Source: Parcubacteria group bacterium M6-OD1-1 (GTDB lineage Bacteria > Patescibacteriota > Minisyncoccia > GWC2-36-17 > M10-OD1-4). From it: DNA of 64,000 bases. The DNA lies in contig LSNK01000001.1 in NCBI GenBank assembly GCA_003056085.1, forward strand, positions 152,729 to 216,728, written 5' to 3'. Shown piece after piece: positions 1 to 9,896 of the stretch. The notes under the pieces are model-generated. The model saw only the letters and a program-made list of their open reading frames with translations, made no database searches and had not been told where the DNA came from. Positions within the stretch are counted from its first letter, which is position 1, and every line of letters starts with the position of its first letter. A program made the translations under genes and the position numbers.

Positions 1-470
1 GTCTAAAAAGACAGTTAAATTATTGCTTTTATAATCCTGACCTTTAAGAAAAACCTTAATTTTTCACGGTTATCATATTCAATCTAAGAGTCTCCCGGTA
101 ATACTCATAACCGTGAAAGATTGTGGTAATCCTTGTCGAGCAAAGCGTTAAGCATACAACTTACCAATAATTTCAGTAACTTGCTAAACGCTTATCTCTG
201 TCTCAGCACAACGTCAAGCGCATGCGGGGACAACTTCCATTCTTTGCTTAAAAAATGGTCAGATGTCAGTTCGTAATAAAGAATACATCTTCAACATTTG
301 AAATGATAACTATTTTTATATGAATTGATTTTTAAATAACTAACTGCCTTATTTATAAGTATATACGAAAAGTATAAGTTTGGCAATGAGACTTTATCCA
401 CAGAAGATTATAAACATATTAGAATAAACTTATGAATTATTTAATTCTGGTTGTTATTGGAGGATTGAGT

Positions 471-500
471 AAAAGGTGTAAAAGGTGTCAGGTACCTTTT
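471..500. repeat. AAAAGGTGT half-site plus AAAAGGTGTCAGGTACCTTTT palindromic repeat (copy 1)
   Basis: Exact motif shared with copies at 6180-6262, 6509-6530, 8688-8708, 8743-8766 and 10035-10070. Contains the AGGTACCT palindrome and a 7-bp stem followed by a T-run. Confidence 0.7.
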
Positions 501-825
501 ACTTTATTAAATAATAATACAGTTGCACTCAACTGTAACTTTATATGCTCATCCTGTGTCACTTTTTTGCTAAAATAAGGGTGTTCCCGATTTGTTTAAA
601 TTCTTTGATTTGATTACAAATCGCAATCCTCTGGAGGGCTCTAAGTGAGTCGAATATTTAATATAAAATGGCTTGAAAAAGCCTTACCCAAACCTACCCC
701 ACCACGGTTCTAGCACGAGGTGAGCTACCAATTCGAGCGTAGTATTTGCGCTCTAAGTGGGTTGAAAAAAATTCTTATTATGTTATAAAGATACCATAGC
801 TTTTCAAAAACATAGGAGACTACTA

Positions 826-1614
826 ATGAATCAACTGATTGAATTTAAAAATAAGTTTGGCAACACTCTAAGAGGAATTTTGTCAGTAGCCGATAATAAT
901 GAAATTATTTTCTGTATTCATGGTTTTGAAAGAACTTCCACAACGGAAAAAAAATTTAAAGTTGTGGCAGATGCACTTTTAAAAAGTAATACTTCTTCTT
1001 TTAGATTTGATTTTACAGGGACAGGATTATCTGATGGTAACTTTAGCCATACAACAGTTTCAAGTATGACAAATGATTTAAAGCAGGCCTTAAATACAAT
1101 AAATGTAAAAGGAAAGAAAATAAGCGTTATTACTCATAGTCTTGGGGCATGCATAATAGCAAAATTCATTCAAGATAATCCCGACTTTAAATTTAAATCT
1201 ATTGTGTTAATATCTCCTGCTTTAAACCAAAAAGAATTGTTACGTTTATGGTTTGTTGCTTCAAAAATGAAAAAAGAAAATCCAGATCTTAAAATAACTT
1301 GGGAAAACTATAAAGATTATCTTAATGAAGATGATTTTCTTTCTGACTGTGAACGACAAGATAAAATGACTAAATCAAACTATATATCAGCAGGTTATTT
1401 TCTAGAAAATAAAGATATAGACTACTCTGATACTTTATCTAACATGCCAAATATTCTGCATGTGCATGGAGATTCGGATGATAAAGTGCCCTTAGAAAGC
1501 CTGTCCGCTCAATTTCAAAGTCAAATAATAATTCAAGATGGAGATCATAATCTTGAACGACCTGATATAAGAGAACAGTGGTTAGAAAAAGTTATTAACT
1601 TTATAGTAAGTTAA
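826..1614 (+). CDS. alpha/beta-fold serine hydrolase
   Basis: GHSLG-type nucleophile elbow (ITHSLGA). Later HG and D motifs are typical of alpha/beta hydrolases. Confidence 0.55.
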   Translation: MNQLIEFKNKFGNTLRGILSVADNNEIIFCIHGFERTSTTEKKFKVVADALLKSNTSSFRFDFTGTGLSDGNFSHTTVSSMTNDLKQALNTINVKGKKISVITHSLGACIIAKFIQDNPDFKFKSIVLISPALNQKELLRLWFVASKMKKENPDLKITWENYKDYLNEDDFLSDCERQDKMTKSNYISAGYFLENKDIDYSDTLSNMPNILHVHGDSDDKVPLESLSAQFQSQIIIQDGDHNLERPDIREQWLEKVINFIVS

Positions 1615-2094
1615 TCATAAGCCGTATGGTTCGTCCAACGGCTTTTTCTTTCGCCTATATACGGGGTTATTTGAAATAATAGGGTATTTTGCTAAAATTA
1701 AGAGTGCTCTATGTGGGTCGAATGTTTAATACAAAATAGCTTGAAAAAACCCGACTCGCTACGCTCCCTGAGCTGCTGTTTATTAGCCAATCACTACACC
1801 TAAAGGTACTGCGTTTTAAAACCAATCGCTCTGCTCTTGGATAAAACGGGAGTATTCTTGGACAAACAGGGAGCATTTACCACCCTACCTTACCAATTTT
1901 GTCCAAATTTTAATTTAACAACAAAACGTTCCCGATTTATTCAAATTTTTAATTTGATAATAAATCGCAATACCCTTGTGGCGCAGTCCTCTTGAGGGTT
2001 TGGGCTCTAAGCGGGTCACTCTTAACCAAAACCCACAGATTTAAATCTGTGGGTTTTGGTTTTCCTAAAAGGGTTCCTGACCCCTTATTTTCTT

Positions 2095-3678
2095 CTATAA
2101 TCTACCATGTGTCTCGAGTATTTTCTCAACCTGTTCTTGTGTAAGCGACAGCCAAGGAGAGTTATCAGGATTGGAAGCTGCGGCAGCTGGACTTTCTCCT
2201 TGATTCCACCATTTTGCTTGAAAAGGCACACCATCAAAAAGTACACGATTGCCAGCATTGTATATTACTGTTCCAGACCAATTCTGGTATGTGCCCACTG
2301 GTAATGTTGGTGGCTGAATTGGTTTTTCGCCTGGCAAAACAGGTCCAATCAATTTCCATGATGTTTCCCATAATTGTAAGACCGGATTATCTGGCAGGTC
2401 ACCTCTTGTCCACCACTTTGCCTCATAGACATTACCGCGCCATACTATTTTTGTTCCTCTCGGATATGCTCCGGTTTCTTTCCAGACTTGATATGGACTT
2501 TTTTTAGGATTATCAACTACTTGATAGTTGATCTCAGAATCTTCTACTGTTAATAATTTAGCATTTTGCATAAGGTCTCCATCAAAACCAGCGCTTAGAC
2601 TCTTTGTAAAAGCAAATTGAGGATATGATACTCCGCTACATGCATCAGAAACAACCTTTACATTAACATAGTTTTCTCCGCACGGAATATCTCTATTAGC
2701 TGACCACATTGACATTCGACCAGCGCCTTGATTATATGCAAATAGATTAAGCATCTTAGCATCCTCCAATGTAAAGATCTCTTCCAAAAAATCATTTTGA
2801 CCAATCATTGGAGTTGCACCAATTTTTTGCCATAATGAATTACTACTCAAGCTTATTCCTGCTTGTTTATATAAAACTCCCAATTGACGATGGCTCTCAA
2901 TCAATGCTATTTTTGATGCCTCAAACATTGAATCTTCTTGGTCGCGGCTGGCACCATAATCCATAGTCATTACATTAACTCCGGATAAGTCAACTCCACT
3001 CGATAACATCTGAGTTATAACATCCGTACCTTCCTTCGTCATACCTTGCGGAGACACTGGTAACGTCAGCCAGATAGATAGATCTTCTTCGTTATCTCGA
3101 TAGTACTTTTGTAGCTGTGCAATGACATCCGCACGGCGCTTAGACGCATCAATGTCTACTAATCCCTGATTTTCAAGATCTAAATCTATCGTATTGATAT
3201 TATAATGTTCTATAACAGACTTGTAAGCATCAAATAATTCTTTTTCATCGGTACATTTAAGAGCAAGTTCAGAATTTAGCGCACCACCAAAAGAAATTGC
3301 TATTCTACCTCCCTGTTGTTGAAGTCTAGCAATTCTACGATCAAGATCGAGAGATACTGCCGCCTCACTCATTGTATAATATCCTCCCCAAGTAGGAATA
3401 CAGGGATCCATTGCATCAGAGACAATGAAAGAAAGAATAACATCAGATTTTGTATTTAATCCTAATTTTTCAAATGCGTAAGTAGGTGTGGATGTTACGT
3501 CTACGTATGCAGCAAACCATGGACCATATTCAGCCCTAGATTTATTCTCCTGCCACCCCTCAAAACTAAGAGACACACCATAAATAAGGCCAATAAAAAT
3601 AACAATAACATACACTAATCTTAGGAGAGAGAGTCGTCTTTTTGGTTCGCTATTTATTTGTGTGCCAGAATTTTTCAT
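2095..3678 (-). CDS. GH18 chitinase-like glycoside hydrolase with two C-terminal CBM5/12 chitin-binding modules and an N-terminal membrane anchor
   Basis: DxDxE catalytic motif (TIDLDLEN) and the MxYD motif (MTMDYG) of GH18. Two AKWW(T/N)(R/Q)G repeats typical of CBM5/12. Hydrophobic N-terminus. GC visibly higher than surrounding genes. Confidence 0.7.
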   Translation of the reverse strand: MKNSGTQINSEPKRRLSLLRLVYVIVIFIGLIYGVSLSFEGWQENKSRAEYGPWFAAYVDVTSTPTYAFEKLGLNTKSDVILSFIVSDAMDPCIPTWGGYYTMSEAAVSLDLDRRIARLQQQGGRIAISFGGALNSELALKCTDEKELFDAYKSVIEHYNINTIDLDLENQGLVDIDASKRRADVIAQLQKYYRDNEEDLSIWLTLPVSPQGMTKEGTDVITQMLSSGVDLSGVNVMTMDYGASRDQEDSMFEASKIALIESHRQLGVLYKQAGISLSSNSLWQKIGATPMIGQNDFLEEIFTLEDAKMLNLFAYNQGAGRMSMWSANRDIPCGENYVNVKVVSDACSGVSYPQFAFTKSLSAGFDGDLMQNAKLLTVEDSEINYQVVDNPKKSPYQVWKETGAYPRGTKIVWRGNVYEAKWWTRGDLPDNPVLQLWETSWKLIGPVLPGEKPIQPPTLPVGTYQNWSGTVIYNAGNRVLFDGVPFQAKWWNQGESPAAAASNPDNSPWLSLTQEQVEKILETHGRL

Positions 3679-3684
3679 ATTGTA

Positions 3685-5913
3685 TTAGCTATTTCTATTT
3701 ACTAATATTTTTCTCCATTTTAATTTTGGTATAATTTTGATTAATTTATGTAATAACTCTTCCTGAGGAATCTCTACATAAAGCATATCCTTAAAAGCAA
3801 GCCAAATATCAACGATTAAATTTTTAAATCCAATATATGCAACAATTGCCCATAAAGCAGCAAAAGCATTAAATCCAGCAAATGCTGCATTACCCCAATT
3901 TTCACCTTCAATGTTCCGCCACAATGTGAAAATTGAAAAGCTAACAATAAGTATTGGTGCTATTAAATACGGCCATGCCGTAGCTGTTCTATTTTTAATC
4001 TTAGGGGTTCTGGCAAATGGTATTTTTTTGGTTGTTATTGCTTGCTGTAAAGACTTAAGCGTTCCTGCAATATTTACTGGAAGCAATATCAGATTAAAAC
4101 CATAAATACGCATGATGTCACTATATTTATAACGACAGTATTTTAAATCCATAGACATGGCTAAAAAATAAGGTGCCGCAGCAAGTAGTACAAGCGGACT
4201 TAATAATCGTCCATCGTATGGATATGCTAAAAGAAATATCAAACCAATATTTGACCATGCTATTGATGACATATAATTGGCTCTAATCAAAAATTCAAGC
4301 TTCGACAATGGTCTGCCTTCGTGTTTTAGTTTATTAAATAATTTCAATAATTTTGGAAAAATTAGCAATCCCCCATTTGCCCAGCGCTGACGCTGCACAA
4401 CTAAAGATCCGAAATCAGATGGTGTTGCACTATAACTCAAACGCTCTGGATAGTTAACTAATCTCCAGTCATGAAGTGCTAAATCAATGCTTGATTCGGT
4501 GTCTTCTATAACCGTATGATCTTGCACATATCTTTTTATTTCAAACCCACCAATCCATTCTTTTTCAACAATATCCTCAAGAGCATTTTTTCGTATGACA
4601 GCATTAGCTCCAACCCAAAAAGCCGCATTGTAATAACTCATTCCCTGATGAATAATGTGTTGGATATCAGTCGTGGCACCAGACAATCTCTCAAGGCGAG
4701 ATGGAGCCCCTCTAAATGAAGAATACGGTGTTTGTACAACAGCAACATCAGCATTGTTAGGCTGTTGTAAAAAATAGACCAAACGCAAGCAATATTCTCG
4801 TAGTAATATAGAATCAGCATCTAATGTAAGTATAAAATCACTATCCCTAACGATTAGGTCAGTACTCTTTTTATCTTTAGTCGGCATTAAAATAGTCCCT
4901 TCAAGCGACTGTTCTTTTCTATATGTACCTCCCATGAGTCCGATATATGAATTGAGATTCATTGCCTTGTTTAATTCATGAGACAAAGAAATATACCTTT
5001 TTCGTTCAAATAGTTCTATCTTTACACCAAATATCCATACAAGCCTATTATATAGTTGTTCTATACGAGTCTTAGAAAATTGAGTACCTTGCTTTTGCGA
5101 GACTATCAGTTCTTCCCCTGTTTTTTGTAGGTCTTTGGCTAGTTCACGTAAAATTTGATCTGCAAAAAACACATCAACGTGATCATCAATGACCTCTTTC
5201 TCTGCTAAGCTTTCCAGCCACTGGGCTGCCCACATATACTGCTCAGATACTTTTAAAACAGCATTTCCTACAGATTTTCTATCTTTAAAATTACTCCCTT
5301 TAAACTGGGTCAGTATTTTATTAAAACGTTTATATGGTTCAGCTAAAAGAGCTTCTATCTCACTGCTTAATGCATGCGTCTCTTCGATTCTATCTCTATC
5401 TTCTGGACGAACCTTAAAAGGATCGTCATCGAGCAACAGGACTACACGAATATCCGGATATTCTTGAAGCGCTGCGGATAGTAATGTTTTTCGAATAACC
5501 TGAACTTCTTCACTATATGAGGGAACTAAAACAGTTATTGATGGTTGGTGGGTATAAAAATGTTCATCAAGTAAACGTTGAGGAGTACGAATATGCTTTT
5601 TAAAACGTTGTAAGGCGCCTTGTCGTGCAATCAAATACACTAATGCAGATAGGGTTAAAAAAGATACAATAACAGAATAGCCAAAAACTTCCACCGTAAA
5701 TTGATAATTTTGGGGACCATCAATAAGTTGGCGAATAATCACCGAAGTGATATACATCAACCAAAATAGTATTGTTAGTACAATTGCTATCCTACTAAAA
5801 GCTATTGCAAAATCCGAGGGCTTTTCATGAAGGATAGATAACACAGGCATCTCTTTTTCAGAACCCCATTGTCTTTTATAAAAATCCTGCTTGTTACGAT
5901 ATTTTTTATTCAC
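3685..5913 (-). CDS. processive family-2 glycosyltransferase (cellulose/chitin/PNAG-synthase-like)
   Basis: DAD (LTLDADS) and QRQRW (Q-x-x-R-W) motifs. Multiple N- and C-terminal hydrophobic segments. Only 6 bp from the GH18 gene. Confidence 0.7.
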   Translation of the reverse strand: MNKKYRNKQDFYKRQWGSEKEMPVLSILHEKPSDFAIAFSRIAIVLTILFWLMYITSVIIRQLIDGPQNYQFTVEVFGYSVIVSFLTLSALVYLIARQGALQRFKKHIRTPQRLLDEHFYTHQPSITVLVPSYSEEVQVIRKTLLSAALQEYPDIRVVLLLDDDPFKVRPEDRDRIEETHALSSEIEALLAEPYKRFNKILTQFKGSNFKDRKSVGNAVLKVSEQYMWAAQWLESLAEKEVIDDHVDVFFADQILRELAKDLQKTGEELIVSQKQGTQFSKTRIEQLYNRLVWIFGVKIELFERKRYISLSHELNKAMNLNSYIGLMGGTYRKEQSLEGTILMPTKDKKSTDLIVRDSDFILTLDADSILLREYCLRLVYFLQQPNNADVAVVQTPYSSFRGAPSRLERLSGATTDIQHIIHQGMSYYNAAFWVGANAVIRKNALEDIVEKEWIGGFEIKRYVQDHTVIEDTESSIDLALHDWRLVNYPERLSYSATPSDFGSLVVQRQRWANGGLLIFPKLLKLFNKLKHEGRPLSKLEFLIRANYMSSIAWSNIGLIFLLAYPYDGRLLSPLVLLAAAPYFLAMSMDLKYCRYKYSDIMRIYGFNLILLPVNIAGTLKSLQQAITTKKIPFARTPKIKNRTATAWPYLIAPILIVSFSIFTLWRNIEGENWGNAAFAGFNAFAALWAIVAYIGFKNLIVDIWLAFKDMLYVEIPQEELLHKLIKIIPKLKWRKILVNRNS

Positions 5914-6020
5914 AATTTTTTATATTATAGTTGTTATATTCTTTTAATTGAGAAATTTTACTCAACAATCATATATATAACATTATTGCGTTCATAAAAT
6001 AACAAAAAAATGATATTTTG

Positions 6021-6180
6021 TCAAGGTTTATAGCATTGCAGCGTCAAGTTTACACTTGCCTTCTCTTCTAATTTTTCAATAGGAGTCATGCCATCCATAC
6101 CCAATCCTCTATGCTTCTTTTGGTAGTTGTAGTAATGAAGAAATAAATTAAGTTTGTATTGCATTTCATCTAAAGAAGAA
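6021..6180 (-). pseudogene. C-terminal fragment of a DDE (rve-type) transposase, truncated at a repeat copy
   Basis: Minus-strand translation gives LDEMQYKLNLFLHYYNYQKKHRGLGMDGMTPIEKLEE, the typical C-terminal tail of IS3/IS481-like integrase cores. The upstream part is missing. Confidence 0.4.
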
Positions 6181-6262
6181 AAAGGTGTCAGAAGAAAAAG
6201 GTGTCAGGTACCTTTTATTTTATTAAATAAAATACAAGTAAAAAGGTGTCAGGTACCTTTTT
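6180..6262. repeat. three tandem copies or half-copies of the AAAAGGTGTCAGGTACCTTTT repeat
   Basis: aaaaggtgtcag, then aaaaaggtgtcaggtacctttt, then aaaaggtgtcaggtacctttttt. The 3' flank (attttattaaataa-aatac) is also conserved with copy 1. Confidence 0.7.
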
Positions 6263-6280
6263 TCCCTCTTTCTATGCCCC

Positions 6281-6574
6281 ATGCATATTGGGAAAGATTT
6301 TTTCAACGACTTGATAGCTTTTATGACATCTGGACCATCTGAACTCTTCATACTTCGTAGAAAAAATGGTAAAGACACTCTACGTGGTAAGTTTGACACA
6401 AATATAAGGTGTAATGCGGTGCATTCACTAAATAGTGAAGAAAATTGGGTAAATAGAATAATTGATAAATTTAAGTTGGATATAACTACAAAGAAAGAGG
6501 AAGACCTAAAAAAGGTACCTGACACCTTTTCTTTACCTCTGGCAATGTTTCAAGTAGAAACACTTGCGAGATGA
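6281..6574 (+). CDS. hypothetical small protein between inverted repeat copies
   Basis: 97-aa ORF only, with no recognisable motif. Bounded by inverted copies of the 21-bp repeat. Confidence 0.25.
   Translation: MHIGKDFFNDLIAFMTSGPSELFILRRKNGKDTLRGKFDTNIRCNAVHSLNSEENWVNRIIDKFKLDITTKKEEDLKKVPDTFSLPLAMFQVETLAR
6509..6530. repeat. inverted copy of the AAAAGGTGTCAGGTACCTTTT repeat
   Basis: aaaaaggtacctgacacctttt is the reverse complement of the motif. Together with 6240-6262 it brackets the small ORF 6281-6574. Confidence 0.65.
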
Positions 6575-6709
6575 AACAAGTAGTCGCACCTACACGAGCA
6601 AGTACTAAGATTTTATCATAAAAATACAAAAAGAAAAAAGCCCCCGCACCAAAAAATTGGAGCGGAGGCTCAAGGTTTCAAGAGGAACAAGTCCTCAAGA
6701 GTTCAAGGT

Positions 6710-7501
6710 TCAGATTTTCCGAGCAGACGAAATGCCGAGCCCACTGCTACGGCCGCCATCCCAGCTGCCGTCGACATCGAGACCACCCCCACCGAAACCA
6801 CCGACGTAGATGTGGAACCCTTCCGCATCAACAGACGAAGTCCTGACATAGAACCCCTGAAGCAAGTAAGTACCACGAATCTTGAAGTAGGCGGTGACAG
6901 CATAGCTGACTTCGGAGGTGTTCGGAACGTGCTCAACCTCGGTGATGAGGTCTTTTTGTTCCTTCCACGTCTTACTGAACGAGTTAGGATAGCCTTCCTT
7001 ACGGATAGCGAGCCACTGTCCAGCTTTGACCATATCGGTCTTGGCGAACTTTTGGCTGTCGTTGGTGTACCACCCTTCGGTCTTCGAGTAGAAGAGTTGG
7101 TTTTCAAGCTCACGAACCTCGAGGAGGTTCATCTCCGTCTGTGGTCCTGCCAAGAGTATATACCCGTGACTATGGAACCACTGAAGGGTTTTCTCATCGG
7201 GAAGAGTTTCAGCGAGATGTTTGAGTTGGTTCTCACTGTAGCTGAAGCCGTAAGCTCCTGCCACTTCCTCGGGTGAGATGAAATCATCACCCAAAATGAG
7301 ATTGGCGAGTTCATATCCTTTCGGAGCATCATCACCACGTGCGATGGAAATCGCACGTACCATTCTTCCCTTGTTTTCAATTAACTCCTGAAGAAAATCA
7401 GGGGTTCCACCTTGTCTGCCGAACTCGGCAACGAACTCGTAGGCTTGACCGAGCGAAAAATCACTCGGCTTGCTGTGAGCTACACGATTTGCTGTTTTCA
7501 T
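6710..7501 (-). CDS. hypothetical protein of foreign (very high GC) composition
   Basis: 263-aa ORF with GC far above its flanks. Overlapping ORFs on other frames are typical artefacts of high GC. Gly-rich C-terminus (GGFGGGGLDVDGSWDGG). Confidence 0.5.
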   Translation of the reverse strand: MKTANRVAHSKPSDFSLGQAYEFVAEFGRQGGTPDFLQELIENKGRMVRAISIARGDDAPKGYELANLILGDDFISPEEVAGAYGFSYSENQLKHLAETLPDEKTLQWFHSHGYILLAGPQTEMNLLEVRELENQLFYSKTEGWYTNDSQKFAKTDMVKAGQWLAIRKEGYPNSFSKTWKEQKDLITEVEHVPNTSEVSYAVTAYFKIRGTYLLQGFYVRTSSVDAEGFHIYVGGFGGGGLDVDGSWDGGRSSGLGISSARKI

Positions 7502-7912
7502 CGCAGTACTCCTTTTATGCCAAGTTCGCTTTGACTATTGCGGTCTGTCTCGATATGAGATAAACATTATATATACCAGTGATTTGATATACAGAATGCT
7601 TATCTCATACAAGTTTTGAACCTTTTTATTACTGTAAAAGAACTATAAACACAGTATAACACTTTATATTATATATGTCAATAGTTCGCTATTTTCTGTT
7701 CCATATGAGCATTTATGTTGAGATTTGCTTTAATGGGCTAAAACAAGCATTTCTTCAAGGTTTTGAATTGAACTCTTGATATAATCTCTCTGTGAAACAA
7801 GTTCTGAAAGCCAAGCAGAGGGGCTACCAATTTGAGCGTAGTTATTATGCACAAGGTACGTTGTAGACAACTCACTATATAAAAAATCAATCATCTGCGG
7901 TAAGATTAAAAC

Positions 7913-8326
7913 ATGAAACCAATATATCTACAATTTAACTGCAAGGAATCTAATGAGCTGGACATGCGTCAAGCTGATGCAATTTTAAAGTATAAGCCTG
8001 ATATCATAATTCTTGAGTATCCGAACAACAACAAAACTCCTAACCTGCCTCTTAATAAATATTCCGCTTTAAAAAAGCCAAAAAACTTAGTAAAAAAACG
8101 CCTCAAAAAGTTTTCTGATAAAGTTTTAAAAATTCATCCCTGGGCTGAAGCAGACACTATAATGTGGAAGAATGTTGCGAGCCTTTGGGAAAAAGATCAT
8201 CAAGTTTTAATATATTCAGTAGATGCCCCAAACGAGCTGACAGAAGAACTGCGAGAAGTATGGAACTATACATATCCATGTATTAAAAAAAAATTGGATA
8301 TGGTGGGTAAGAATATACTTGCGTGA
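7913..8326 (+). CDS. hypothetical protein
   Basis: ORF only. Abuts the next ORF by an 8-bp overlap. Confidence 0.35.
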   Translation: MKPIYLQFNCKESNELDMRQADAILKYKPDIIILEYPNNNKTPNLPLNKYSALKKPKNLVKKRLKKFSDKVLKIHPWAEADTIMWKNVASLWEKDHQVLIYSVDAPNELTEELREVWNYTYPCIKKKLDMVGKNILA

Positions 8327-8579
8327 GAAGATTATGGCAAAAAACATTCAATGGATATTAGACAACTACAAAGAAAAGAAAGAGCCTAAAGTTTTAGTAT
8401 TTTTACAAAGCTTTCATTGGGATCATGTAAAATTTTTACTAAACAATCCATCTAAAAATAAGATATGGAACTACTATTTCGGAAATTTTTCTGAAATAGA
8501 CAAACAAAGCATCGGAAACAAAATAAAAAATATAAACAAGGTATTTTATAAATATTGGAGTAAAATATCTGATTTTTAA
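8319..8579 (+). CDS. hypothetical protein (probable true start at ATG 8334)
   Basis: ORF only, with overlap and possible coupling to the previous ORF. Confidence 0.3.
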   Translation: MREKIMAKNIQWILDNYKEKKEPKVLVFLQSFHWDHVKFLLNNPSKNKIWNYYFGNFSEIDKQSIGNKIKNINKVFYKYWSKISDF

Positions 8580-8687
8580 TATACAGTAAACTTTTTGGAT
8601 TCAGCTTAAGGATGAATCCTCCACCAAACGCTCCAAATACACCATTTGGAGCGTTTGGTGCATTATAAGAGAGAAAGGTGGAGAAAT

Positions 8688-8766
8688 GTGTCAGGTACCT
8701 TTTATTTTATTAGAGTAAGAAAAGATATCATGAAAAAGGTAGCAGGTATCTTTTTTCCTAAGAATT
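8688..8766. repeat. two degenerate copies of the AAAAGGTGTCAGGTACCTTTT repeat
   Basis: gtgtcaggtaccttttatttt at 8688-8708 and aaaaaggtagcaggtatctttttt at 8743-8766. Confidence 0.55.
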
Positions 8767-8831
8767 TAATAAATAGCCAGCTCATTTCGTAGTGAAAATA
8801 ATAGAGCAAAACCAAAGAAATCCTTTCCTTT

Positions 8832-9878
8832 TTAATTAAAATAATTATTTACAGCGTCTTCAAATTGCTCGATAAATATTTTTTTAAAATAAAAAATATT
8901 ATTTATCTCATAGAATAATAAGCTTGCCTTTTTGTATTCCCCAACATCTACAATCCTATAAGAAAATGGTATTGAATTATGTGCTAATAAAATAGCATTT
9001 GAAAGCATACGAGCTGTTCTTTTATTTCCATCCTCAAAAGCCTGAATATATGAAATTAAAATTAACCCAAGAAAAGCTTTTTCAAAAAATAATTCTTTTT
9101 TATTTATTAGGTCAATCATTCTTTCTAAGACTTCCTTAAGTTGAAATAAATTATCCAATGGCTTATATTTTGTAGCAGTAATACCCACCGCATTATTCCT
9201 AATATTTTTTGTAATATTAAGTTTTTTGGTTAAAACAGAATGAATATATTCAATATCAGAATAATTTAATTTTTTAAATCTCTCTTTGTTTAAAATAGAC
9301 TCATTAAAAGCATCTTTATGATTAAGAATCATTTGAGTCTCTTTTTCCGTTTTTCCTTTCCCAACAATATTTTCCTTAATCAAAGCTTCCGTACTTAAAA
9401 GTGAGTAAGTATTTCCCTCTATGACTGAAGATTTCCAAGAAAATTCAATCATTATTCTTTCAAATTCTTTATTTATAAGAGTTTGACTATCATATTCAGA
9501 AAAATTTTTTATAAACTCCCTTTGTAATTTTTCAATTTTTGCCTTTTCTTCTTTAGTGAAAATATCACCTTCCAAAATATTAAAAATTTCAAAATTAAAA
9601 CTTTTTTTTACTTCTCTTTCTGTGTATGGAATAGAAAAATATTTTTTAGCATCAATTTTATTTATAATTTCATAATTTTCAGACAAAGAGTAGATTACGC
9701 CTCTTCCTAATCCTTTTTTAAAAATTAAAAACTTTTCTTCTAGTTCTTTTAAATCTCTTTGTAGTGTTTTTCTATCAATATCCACACTCAAAAAAGACAG
9801 AATATCAGACACCGATACTTCTGTCCTTTTCTTTATAAAAGTAATAATTTTATCTTGTCTTTTTTGCTTTTTATTCAT
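8832..9878 (-). CDS. Fic/DOC-family protein with N-terminal winged-helix domain and a degenerate Fic motif (QAFEDGNKRTAR)
   Basis: The core motif aligns to HPFx(D/E)GNGRxxR. His is replaced by Gln and the second Gly by Lys. Basic N-terminal HTH-like region. Confidence 0.6.
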   Translation of the reverse strand: MNKKQKRQDKIITFIKKRTEVSVSDILSFLSVDIDRKTLQRDLKELEEKFLIFKKGLGRGVIYSLSENYEIINKIDAKKYFSIPYTEREVKKSFNFEIFNILEGDIFTKEEKAKIEKLQREFIKNFSEYDSQTLINKEFERIMIEFSWKSSVIEGNTYSLLSTEALIKENIVGKGKTEKETQMILNHKDAFNESILNKERFKKLNYSDIEYIHSVLTKKLNITKNIRNNAVGITATKYKPLDNLFQLKEVLERMIDLINKKELFFEKAFLGLILISYIQAFEDGNKRTARMLSNAILLAHNSIPFSYRIVDVGEYKKASLLFYEINNIFYFKKIFIEQFEDAVNNYFN

Positions 9879-9896
9879 ATATAAACAATATAATTA

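Noticed and set aside
6703-7276. ORFs 6703-7113 (-) and 6812-7276 (+) overlapping the high-GC gene
   Set aside because: They are alternative-frame ORFs inside the 6710-7501 coding region. Long spurious ORFs are expected in high-GC sequence.
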